Assembly: GCF_006345805.1 (NCBI RefSeq)
Contig: NC_043014.1
Location: forward strand, 9,796,001-9,860,000
DNA from: Octopus sinensis
Lineage: Eukaryota
Direction of reading: 5' to 3'
DNA length: 64,000 bases
Every line of letters begins with the position of its first letter. The first letter of the stretch is position 1. Shown here one piece after another: positions 38,173 through 49,413 of this stretch. The notes below the pieces were generated by a model. The model made no database searches. It was not told the DNA's origin and was given only the letters and a program-made list of their open reading frames with translations. Made by a program: the position numbers and the translations under genes.

Positions 38173-39388
38173 ATCTAAGGAATAGTGCACACCGGTAAGA
38201 TTTCTTTTTCAACCCTAGGACACATAAAGCCAGTTAACCAGTTTCCACGGGCACCGAGATTACAACATTCCCCCTCAACGGGATGCTAGTACCTTGCATG
38301 ATAAAAAGCCAGGAATTTACAGGGAAGTGAGTAATCCATTTAGATGGACTCTCGTTCTCGTCTGGTCCTTTATTTTAGCGGTTCCAAAGGGATGAAAGAT
38401 AAAGTTGGGTTCAGTAGGATTTGAATTCAGGGTGTAAAAACCCGGAAGAAATGCCGTTAAGTGTTGCGCAACGTGCAAAATTTAAGTCAACTCACCGCCT
38501 ATACAGAAAAACTACAGGCAGCTAAAATAATGTTTAATTAAAGTATTAAATAACGAAGTCATTATGTTGGATGATGTAATTAAACTATTAGTTTTCCACA
38601 ATAAAAAAATAAATATCTGGGAATTTTTTTAGAACGCATTGAAAAATAATTCCATCGTATTAATGTGCCACGTAAGGTTAAAAACATTGATTGCGTTAAT
38701 CAAAGAAAGTGTCAGGAAATTTGAGTGAATCCGTTCACGTCATGGAAATCCAATATAATACCGAGGATTATCATTTGAATGAAAATCAATAACGGATTTA
38801 GGCGATGCCAATAACTGAAATTAAATATCCATTGATTTAATGATTGAATTGAAATAAAATGGATGTAACTCGGGTGTAAAAAAAAAAAATAATGCAGTAA
38901 ATGAACAAAAAATAAGCGTGGTACAATTATCGTGAAACCATACGTATATCCAAATATATTGAATGGAAACGTATGGCAATCTTATCTGCAGCCACAGAAA
39001 TACAATTCTAACATTGCAAAATATAATGGTCTCTATTATAATTCAAACGGAATTAGTTTTCATAGTGAAATTAGTATTTGAGAAATGAGTTGTGTAAATA
39101 CCATGGCATCAAACATGTTGTGAATTAGGACTAAGTCAGAAACTAGTGGAGGACGTTTGAAAATAACCTTACTCGGGGAAAATGATCGCTGAAATTTTCC
39201 GTATTTGATAGTATAACAGATACGCGTGCTTATTAGATGCACCGCGATTTTAGCAGCATTTATTCAAGATGTGTTCAGAGCATTAAAGCCTGTTATATAT
39301 ATATAACACAATCTAGCATTATATTACACCACAAAGCAAAACAAGTTCCTTTGCTATAGCAGAAAACATTACTCTATATAAAAAAAAA

Positions 39389-39780
39389 CTAGCAGTATCG
39401 CTCGGCGTTGCTCGGGGTTGTTTCGACCCTATAGAATTGGAATTTTTAAAAAGTAAAACATTTCCATTATGTAGCTTGTTATTCTCTTTAAGTGAACATC
39501 TTTCTGGTTGAAATGCACGGGAAAATGGCGACACAACAGTTAAAAAATCGTAAAAAATAGGGAATTTCATAGAAAAAAAAGCACCTTTTTAATGTAAATA
39601 GGTTTTGGTGTTAACATGGTCCGATTTGAATTTCTTCTTCTACGGAAGGAAGAGCAAACCTTCTTCTATCATACTTTCAATTTTGGTCAACTTGCGCCGC
39701 AGGGTCTCGGAGAAGATAGTGTTAGTTGAAGGCTACCGAACCTGCCATACACAGACAACTTCAGCTTTATATATATATAT
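39389..39780 (-). mobile_element. Non-autonomous Helitron, same subfamily as 26442-26835
   Basis: CTAG end at 39389 with hairpin CCCGAGCAACGCCGAG; 5' TC terminus lost in a (TA)n run. Confidence 0.85.
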
Positions 39781-40431
39781 ATATAACGCAGTCTAGCATT
39801 ATAATGCAATACAAAGCAAAACAAGTTCCTTTGCTATAGAAGAAAGCATTACTTTATATAAAATATAAGTTAGCATTACAGTTGAACATAAAGCAAGGAA
39901 TCACGGCGGTGAATACATTCTACATGCTTATAGTAATAATATATATAAGAAGGCAAAAGCCAAGCGATTTATATAAAGAGAGCTTCCACTACGTTACAAG
40001 TAATAAGAATAATGTTTGGATAAATATTATTATGGAGTCCATCTAAGTGAAGTTGTCCGTTTGGATTAAACTTAGCATATAGTAGTAGTGGGAGGTTCAA
40101 CGTCGCATATAAGCCCTACTTAGTATGAGAGGATTTTAAGAGAAATACGTGCCACTTTCATGCCGTTAAATAAAGTTACATATTTGTGGCACAGGGCCAG
40201 AAGTTTGTGAGAGGAGGGTTAAGTCGATTACAACCACCCCAATAAAGGACTGGTACGTATTTTCATTGTCCCCAAGGGAATGAAATGCAAAGTCGACCTC
40301 GGTGGAAGTTGACTTTAGAATGTAGAAACAAACGAAATACTGCTATGCATTTCGACAAACGTGACAACCATGCTGACTTAAATACGATAGTAAAATATAA
40401 AATTGGGGAAAGTAAGTAAATAATATTCAAA

Positions 40432-40540
40432 GTACTAGCTACGGCGGTACATACTCTAAAATTGGAACAATGTAAAGAAGATTAGCATGGGCCCTGCGCA
40501 AGGATGACACGGAAATTCGTGAAGCGTTCTATATATTTCT
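40432..40540 (+). pseudogene. U6: U6 snRNA retropseudogene, full length, fused to a SINE
   Basis: GTACTAGCTACGGCGGTACATACTCTAAAATTGGAACAATGTAAAGAAGATTAGCATGGGCCCTGCGCAAGGATGACACGGAAATTCGTGAAGCGTTCTATATATTT aligns end to end with U6; ACAGAGA box mutated to GTAAAGA. Confidence 0.93.
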
Positions 40541-40703
40541 AGGCGTAGGAGTGGCTGTGTGGTAAGTAACTTGCTTACGAACCACGTGGTTCGGAGGTCA
40601 GTCCCACTGCGTAGAAACTTGGGCAAGTGTCTTCTACTATAGCCTCGGACCGACCAAAACCTTGTGAGTGGATTTGGTAGACGGAAACTGAAAGAAGCCC
40701 ATC

Positions 40704-40746
<43 letters not shown>

Positions 40747-40990
40747 TGTGTGTGTGTGTGTGTGTGTATTTATGTGTGTGTATATGTTTGTGTGTCTGTT
40801 TGTGCTTCCCCACCCCAACTTCGATTGAAAACCGATGCTGGTGTGTTTACGTCCCCGTAACTTAGCGGTTCGACAAAAGAATACCGATAGAATAAGTGCT
40901 GGGCTTACAAAGTCCTGGGGTCGATTAGCTCGACTAAAAGCGGTGCTCCAGCATGGCCACAGTCAAATGACTGAAACAAGTAAAAGAGTA
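40541..40990 (+). mobile_element. SINE family A, full length, directly downstream of U6
   Basis: Starts AGGCGTAGGAGTGGCTGTGTGG, ends AAACAAGTAAAAGAGTA. Confidence 0.92.
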
Positions 40991-41187
40991 AAGTAACTAA
41001 ATATCATTCAAACAGTAACGAAATATTATTCAAGAAGTGAAGAAATATTATTCGAATAAAATGTTATTTAATTATCATATTCTTAATGCTTCACAGTAAT
41101 ATTTTAGTCTATGTGGAAATTGGTCTGTGATAAATATTTATCTTCAAGCTCTATTTATTTCGTAATATATGAATACTTTAATATTTA

Positions 41188-41287
41188 NNNNNNNNNNNNN
41201 NNNNNNNNNNNNNNNNNNNNNNNNNNNNNNNNNNNNNNNNNNNNNNNNNNNNNNNNNNNNNNNNNNNNNNNNNNNNNNNNNNNNNNN
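41188..41287. other. Assembly gap (100 N)
   Basis: Directly visible. Confidence 1.
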
Positions 41288-41340
41288 TAGAAACACATTG
41301 AATTTCACATATAATTTATATGTTCATTGCATTCAACAGG

Positions 41341-41726
41341 AGGAAACACTCCTTCGGTTACGACGACGAGGGTTCTGGTTGATCCGAATGAACGGAACAG
41401 GCTGCTCGTGAAATTAACGTGTAAGTGGCTGAGCACTCCACATACACGTGTGCCCTTAACGTAGTTCTCAGGGATATTCAGCGTGACACAAAGAGTGACA
41501 AGGCCGGCCCTTTGAAATACAGGTACAACAGAAACAGGAAGTAAGAGTTAGAGAAAGTTGTGGTGAAAGAGTACAGCAGGGATCACCACCATCCCCTGTC
41601 GGAGCCTCGTGGAGCTTTTAGGTGTTTTCGCTCAATAAACACTCACAATGCTCGGTCTGGGAATCGAAACCGCGATCCTATGACCGCAAGTCCGCTGCCC
41701 TAACCACTGGGCGATTGCGCCTCCAC
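41341..41726 (-). mobile_element. SINE family B, full length
   Basis: Consensus match; ATTCAACA on both flanks. Confidence 0.9.
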
Positions 41727-43043
41727 TCTGTATTCAACAAGTGATTGATTAAAATGATTATATGTAAAATTACATAATTCGGCTCTTATACGTTATCTAG
41801 CTTTTACTTGTTTCAATCATTGAACTGCCGTCATGATGGATCGATTCCTTCAAAGCTTAAGTAGAAAAAAAACAATCCTTATTACTCATTTATTAAAATC
41901 TAGTACTTTTTGTAAAGCTCTACTTCCGAGAACTGCTAAGTTACGGTAATTATTTGCGTTATGATAATAAGAAGACACTCAATGATTTAATACATTGAGA
42001 CAGAGAAAAGCTAATAAGAAAATGAATCGAAAAGAAGATACGTACATATGCATTTAGGTGTGGTCTGCTCCGTGAGGCTTTGCGCGATTTATTGACAATC
42101 GGTGATAGAGAAAACAAAACTAGTAGAAGAGAATGCGCTTAACAGATAACCGTTGAAACCATATTCAAATGCTACATTGGGAGAAGAACGCTTCTCCTAC
42201 AGGAAAATGTCCGTTTTTATTAGTGCCATGTTTGGCTTCTAAATTTGTATTTGCATTAGTATCACATAGTGTAGCACGGATACACGCACATATATACATA
42301 CCACACTATACACATCGTTTCATTATCAGACATAATTATAAATGTGCTGCGTAGCGTCTTTTTCGAAATTTATATGGTTCCTATGCGATGCAGTTCTTAG
42401 CAAATCCTATATAATGCACAATAATACATGAATTGACATTTAAAGAAATAAAATAGAATCTAATGTGTTTTTCGAATGAAAGGTACTTCAGATTGTTGTG
42501 CTACAAAAAAATAATTGTTTAAACAAATGAACAGAAATAATATAAGCTCCTTCAATGCGTAGAGCTAAGTATGTTTTGTGTAAGGTTCCGTCTCTTTCAT
42601 GGCGATACTTATCGGAGAATTTATACGTTTTTCCGGCATTTTAAAACGAAGATTCAAAATAAGTTTGAAAACTAAAAAAATAATTTTAAAGATAATTTTT
42701 AGATACTTTAAAATATTTTCTAAAGCAGGCATGAGATTCCTTAGAATAAAATTTCTTTTATGATGTTTAATTTTCGAATGTACTGAGGCAAGATAAAACG
42801 TTTTGTGCATTCTTATGACAGCCGGAAATTAAATGAAAATAAGGTGGAAACGTAATGTCAATTGCATGACTAGAGATATATGCGATTTCTCGTTGTCTTT
42901 CACAATATTTCGAGTATATTTAAGCATGAGATAATTCAAGTAGAAACTGGTTGAAATAAGAGAAAATGTGAAGCAAAAGTGCTTCTCTACATTTATGTAT
43001 TCAATTCTGCAATTTGCCTCCTCTCGGTAAATAATCGCAAACG

Positions 43044-43082
<39 letters not shown>

Positions 43083-43139
43083 TATATATATATATATATA
43101 TATATATATGCATATATACATACATATATATATATATAT

Positions 43140-43172
<33 letters not shown>

Positions 43173-43180
43173 CATACATA

Positions 43181-45100
43181 TTATGCAGAGTTTGACCGCC
43201 TCTTGTACCTACACCTTAGCGCCATCATAGCATCTGATGTGGATTTTAAAACCAAATCTGAAAAGACACCCACACAGATTGCACATCCGATTTGGAGCAC
43301 CAAGAGGTGCAGATAAGTTCTGCTCTCTGTAGATCTTAAAATGTCTCTTGAGTCCTCCGTTGGATTTGCAATCCTTCTGGCATACACTGCATTCAAATGT
43401 GTTCACAGACATATAGGCAGAATAGTTGGTGGAGGTTTGTTTTCCATTCGTTCGCAGATGAGATTTGAGGCCAGCAAAAGACAGGCAAGGTCCGTCACAA
43501 ACTGTGCACACAAAAAGGTCATTGTCATTCACCTTCTCGATTGTTACATTCTTCCTTAGATCTCTTTTGAGTCTTACTTGTGTTATCCTCGCCTCTTCAA
43601 ATGCTTTCACTCCACTCCACACCACTGTTCGCCATCCAACGCGATCCGAAGCAAGGGTTTGTATATCTTCTGGAACCATTCACAGTGACTTCATAGTACC
43701 CCTTATGCTATCCTTAAAACTTTTTTTTATCTTCACGCCGATTGCGTTTCCCCTCTGCTAGCTCACCATAAAACAACTGTTTTGGCATGCGTTCATCCGC
43801 CATTCGAACAATATGGACCCACCATCTCATAGTTTTTTATTGGACATTTGTGTTTAGAGTAAAAGAAATCTATTTAATTTTTTTAAAATCAATGAGGGCA
43901 TATTTGGTGGAAAGTTTCTAGCAATGTATAATGCCTTTCATAATAAGTCCATGTTTCACAAGAAAATAACAGGGATAGTAAGACAAATAATTTGTAAAGA
44001 GCCAGCTTTGTATTCTTATTTATATATCACTGGCACCAAACACGTGATTCCAAGCCACCAAATGCTTTTGCTGCCCTTTGAATTCGGAGCTCTATTTCTG
44101 TTTCAAGATTTCCATCATTTTGAACAGAACTTCCAAGGTAGACAAACGAATCGACAACCTCAAGTAACTTTCCTTTAACAAATATTTTGGTGGGGTTGCA
44201 AACAGCACCACACGCATATTGATGCATTATAACTGGGGTTTTTTCAAGTTGATGGTCAAGCCAAAATCGTCACAAGCTGAGTCAAATGCAGATACAAGAG
44301 ATTGCAGTCTTGTTCAGAATGACTGACATAATCGCAATCGTCAGCGTACAAAATTTCTTTAGTGAGTGAAGTAAAAACATTCGTTTCGAATTTCAGTCTG
44401 ATCAGATTGAAAACAACCCCTACTGATCGATACTTTATGTAAATACCCTCCTCAGAGTTTTGAAAAGCATGTGACAGCACAACAGCAAAGAGGGTGGTTG
44501 CATCAAGGTCTCCTTGCGTTACTCCATTTTCCACAGCAAAAGATTCAGAGAGCCTACCACCAAAATTAACTCTAGATTTCATATCTTTATGCAAAGCCCT
44601 CATCATGTTTACAAATTTTCTGGGCAATCTATTTTCCTTAGAATTAGCCACAGACCATTTCGATCAACAGTATCGAATGCTTTGCTCAAATCAAGAAAGC
44701 AATGATATAGAGCAAGATTCTGTTCAATGCATTTTTCTTGTATCTGTCTGACAGTAAAGATACAATCTGGAGAAACGAAAACCTCACTGAGACTCAGACG
44801 CTATGTTTGGAACTATAAATGTATTTCAACGTTCCAAAAAAATGCGGGCAAATGCCTTTCCAGCTATAGTCAAAAGGGAAATCCCACGAAAATTACCACA
44901 TATCCTTTGACTCCGATTTATACAAGTAGACTAAAATGGCATCAATCCAGTCCCGAGGCACTTTCTCAGTTCTCCAGCAATGACAATTTATATATTTAAT
45001 AAGAGTTCAAACATTTTGTCACCCTTATATTTCAAAACATCTGCACAGATTCCATAAGACCCTGGAGACTTATTGTTATTCAGCTTATTCGGCTTGTATA
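43181..45100 (-). mobile_element. RTE-clade (BovB-like) LINE, 5'-truncated, decayed RT and C-terminal region
   Basis: Minus-strand motifs in order: NKSPG, NFRGISLL, FLDLSKAFDTVDR, NGVTQG, ILYADDC, FVYLGS, SCETWT, RMADERMPKQLFYGEL, then C2H2-like fingers. Confidence 0.92.
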
Positions 45101-45155
45101 CGTTTACTTATATATATATACATTTACACACACATACACACACACACATATATAT

Positions 45156-45362
45156 ATGTTGAATCGCTAGCTTCTGCACGCATTTATTTCTCTCCTTGCT
45201 TCTCTCCGTGTTTCTTTTCTGTGTATCTTTCTGTTGAAGAGCGTAGGCTCGAAACGTAAAAGACTTGTTTTATTTATATTCCTGAGTGCCATACTAATAC
45301 AATTGTTTGTTTGTACTCCACCTGCCTTCGTCTTTTGTTTATTTTCATAAAGCTTCCCGTTA
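45156..45362 (+). mobile_element. H1 element (best-preserved copy)
   Basis: Same family as 12509-12750; 3' end abuts (TA)n. Confidence 0.7.
45226..45263 (+). ncRNA. Minimal type I hammerhead-like ribozyme, A6U core variant
   Basis: Stem I TCTTT/AAAGA; core CTGTTGAA; stem II GAGC-GTAG-GCTC; GAAA; palindromic stem III ACGT; GUA cleavage triplet. Confidence 0.55.
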
Positions 45363-45368
45363 TATATA

Positions 45369-45422
<54 letters not shown>

Positions 45423-45423
<1 letters not shown>

Positions 45424-45694
45424 GGCGCAGGAGTGGCTGCGTAGTAAGTAGCTTGCTAACTAACCACATGGATCCGGGTTCAGTCCCACTGCGTGGCAGC
45501 TTGGGCAAGTGTCTTCTGCTATAGCCTCGGCCCGACCAAATCCTTGTACCCGTCACTTAGCGGTTCGGCAAAAGAGACCGATAGAATAAGTACTGGGCTT
45601 ACAAAGAATAAGTCCCGGGGTCGATTTGCTCGACCAAAGGCGGTGCTCCAGCATGGCCGTAGTCAAATGACTGAAACAAGTAAAAGAGTAAAGA
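45423..45694 (+). mobile_element. SINE family A with central deletion
   Basis: Jumps from CCAAATCCTTGT to CCCGTCACTTAGCGG, removing the internal microsatellite. Confidence 0.88.
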
Positions 45695-46429
45695 ATATAT
45701 ATATATATAATATACATATGTATATACATATATGTATGTATATATATATATATATGTATGTATATATATGTATATATATATGTATATATATGTATATATA
45801 TGCGTGTGTGTATGAATATATGTATGTATATCTATAAGTATATCTATATATATCCCTTGTCATATATGTGTATATTGTGTATGTCTGAGCGTGTGTATGT
45901 GTGTTTCTGTTTGTCCGTGAAACATCGTCATTCAAATTTAAGCATCAGTAGGTAACAACGCTAATGTCCTGTCAAAATAGATTTATTATATTTATCACTT
46001 ATAATTGATATTTGTTTATTGTTTGTCTCGTTTGAAGTTTATAGTCTTTTTTTTTTTAATTAAGTATAATTATGATTTAATATATGAACTTTGACATTAG
46101 TATAGTTCCTGAAATTTGAGTACACAGAGACTTGTATTTCAGAAATTAGTGTAATTTTGTGACCCTTAAATTTATGAACGGCCGTTTTGTAAGGGTTCTC
46201 CACTACCACCACCACTACCACCACCGCCACCACCACCGCCGCCACCACCAGCCGAATGGTTTTTCGATTTCAATCTCATTGCTTAACACCTGTAAACTAG
46301 GACTGACAAAAGTCACGTGCGTCGCTCTGGCAGATGGGATCTGAAAGAAACCCCTAATCAATCGGCCTCGCTTTACGAACCGGTAAGGTATACGGTCTTG
46401 AACAAAGATAACACCACACATTCACGCAC

Positions 46430-46445
46430 AAACACACACATATAC

Positions 46446-46495
<50 letters not shown>

Positions 46496-46959
46496 CATAT
46501 ACATATATATATATATATACATATATACATATATACATATATATATGCACACACATATATATACACATATATATGTATATATACACACACACATATATAT
46601 ATATATATACACACAGATATATATATATATATATATATCGTCACGTCACGTGACCGACCAGAATATCAGATGTAGTTGCACAGCGCTGGTCACAATGCGT
46701 TTCGCATCGTTTTAGCCTTCAAATGACGCCACCCCGCTGGCTAAGCGAGCAGGCCAACAGAAGAAAGAGTGAGAGAAAGAGTGGTGAAAGAGTACAGCAG
46801 GGATCACCACCACCTGCCGGAGCGTCGTGGAGCTTTTAGATGTTTTCGCTCAATAAACACTCACAACGCCTGGTCTGGGAATCGAAACCGCGATCCTACG
46901 ACCACGAGTCCGCTGCCCTAACCACTGGGCTATTGCGCCTCCACACACAACACACCACA

Positions 46960-47014
<55 letters not shown>

Positions 47015-47300
47015 ACAACATATAAATATATACATTATATAACACACATAATATATACATATATATACACACACATATATATATACATATATATATACAC
47101 ACACACATATAGATATATATATATACATATATATACATACACACATATATATAAACATATATGTACACACACATATATATATATACATATATATACACAC
47201 ATATATATATATATATACACACACATATATATATATATATACATATATATATATGTATGTTTGTATGTATATACGTATGTATGTATGTACGTAGATGCAC
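46430..47300. repeat. Long (TA)/(CA) microsatellite field split by a SINE
   Basis: Directly visible. Confidence 0.9.
46646..46944 (-). mobile_element. SINE with family-B head and second tail type
   Basis: Reverse complement of the 35379-35663 type. Confidence 0.88.
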
Positions 47301-47566
47301 ATATAGATACCTAAATGGTGAACTTCAACAGTCTCTAGCAAACAAATTTTACTGAGCGGATTTTGTCTGTCCGAGGCTACGGTTGGACACACTGGCACAA
47401 GGCGACATGCAGTAGGACTGAAAACTAAAGCACGTGGATACAACCAAACTTCCTAATCCCCTCCACAATCCATTCCATTAATATAGGAAAATTGTCCATT
47501 GTGAAATCGACACAAACTGACAGCAGAATCAGTAATACAAACAGTTCTTTAAGAGCACATACACAC

Positions 47567-47650
<84 letters not shown>

Positions 47651-47913
47651 GTGTGTGTGCTGTGTGTGTGTGTATATAAATATATGTATATGTCACAATC
47701 AAGTAGTTGAAATTCTCTCTATCCGGACAGATAATTCGATCCTATTCGGAGTAATGTATTCATGGAAATATCTCGAAAAATAATCAAATTAAAAGTTCTT
47801 TTGGTGTGTATACATATACATATATATATATATATAATATATATATAGATATATATCTTTGTGTGTATAAATGCATGCCATAATACACGCATGCTTACTC
47901 ATACATATACATA

Positions 47914-47944
<31 letters not shown>

Positions 47945-48398
47945 TTTCATAGGTATACATATATGTACATTTATACATATACTACAAAGACAAACACACA
48001 CATATATATATACGCGGACACACAATCACACACACACACACACACACAGACATATTGATATGAAATTAAATGAAATTGATGGGGAACTAACTCCTGTGTC
48101 ATATTTCCGAAATGAAACATGGCAACGTATCACTTATGATAATGAAATCTATAAAAATTCTTTAAAATAACCTGTGTCCTATTTCATGATCATTCCGTCT
48201 ACTTCCTATGAAATCCAAACACACATTCACTACACATCCATATAGAATGCACATAGATACATACATATTTAAGCGAGTATACATACATAGTTACTTGATC
48301 TACAAGAAATCGCAAATATTGTGATATTTGGCCCCCCCCCCCAAACCCAGGGTTCCGTCTTAACCCCTTCATGGCAATTTGCTGAAATTGCACAATTC

Positions 48399-48739
48399 TT
48401 TACTCTTTTACTCGTTTCAGTCACTTGACTGCGGTCATGCTGGAGCGCCGCCTTTAAGTAGAGAAAATCTACCACAGGACATATTATTTGTAAGCCTAGT
48501 AGTTGTTCTATCGCTTTCTTATGCCAAACCGCTAAGTTACGGGGGACGTAAACACACAAGCATCGGTTGTCAAGCGATAAACGACGGGCTTCCATCAGTT
48601 TCTGTCTACCAAATCCAATCACATGGTTTTGGTCGGCCCGAGTCTATAGTAGAAGATACATGCCGAAGGTGCCACGTAGCGGGAATGAACCCGGAACCAT
48701 GTGGTTCGTAAGCAAGCTACTTACCACACAGCCACTCCT
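48399..48739 (-). mobile_element. SINE family A lacking the internal microsatellite
   Basis: Head and tail match the consensus. Confidence 0.85.
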
Positions 48740-48901
48740 TTTTGACTGCTCTGTCGTCATTTTTCGGTGTATTTCAACCAAAAAAATGTTCACTTAAAGA
48801 GTATAACATGCTACATAGGGCAAAACGTTTACTTTTCAAAAATTCCAATGCTAAAGGGTCGAAAAGAAAAAAAACCCGAGCAACGCCGTCTATACTACTA
48901 G
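48740..48901 (+). mobile_element. Helitron 3' fragment (26442-type)
   Basis: Matches ~26680-26835; ends CCCGAGCAACGCC...CTACTAG|T. Confidence 0.75.
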
Positions 48902-48904
48902 TAT

Positions 48905-49080
48905 ATATAACAATTGCAGCATGGAAGGTGTTTATAAACCATTTTTGAAACACAAAAAAAAACGTTAGATTAACTTCAACATTTAAATGTAATTTGCCAA
49001 AATATTTTCGTCGCTTTGAGACCGCAACCTTTGTTTCTTAAATGGCTTATAAACACCTTCAAAGCTGCAATTGTTTTCGT
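48905..49080. mobile_element. Internally deleted copy of the 24.4-kb foldback MITE family
   Basis: Ends AACAATTGCAGC / GCTGCAATTGTT; interior matches 24382-24610. Confidence 0.6.
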
Positions 49081-49229
49081 TCGAGCACACGATTTGAGAT
49101 CAGGTCACTTGCTATGCAATTACATCTCTGTAATTATATATATATATTTTCCGGCATCAATTAATATTTCTAAAAAATATTACACTGGAAAAAAAAAAAC
49201 TGCCGGTGCGCCACGTCAGACAGTTTGAG

Positions 49230-49413
49230 AAGCCCTGCCCTGGATGACCATCATGGTTTCCTGTTCTTCCGTTCTTAAAGTTCGAAGAATCCAACCGAGC
49301 AACCGTCTGCATTTTATTACGGACTTAGCAATATATACCGAGAAACATGCATCAATACTCATGTTGATGCCAATGTCACGCACTGATTTCGTTTGAGGAA
49401 CTGCAATCACTCC
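49230..49413 (-). pseudogene. CR1/L2-type LINE ORF2 fragment
   Basis: SVRDIGINMSIDACFSVYIAKSVIKCRRLLGWILRTL resembles the post-RT VRDLGV..D..L.F..HI...LG.I.R region. Confidence 0.65.

Noticed and set aside
40432-40540. Functional U6 gene
   Set aside because: ACAGAGA box mutated, no clean T-run terminator, no recognisable upstream PSE/TATA, and TSD-flanked.
41013-41340. Structural links across the N gap
   Set aside because: True gap size and content are unknown, so no inference was made across it.
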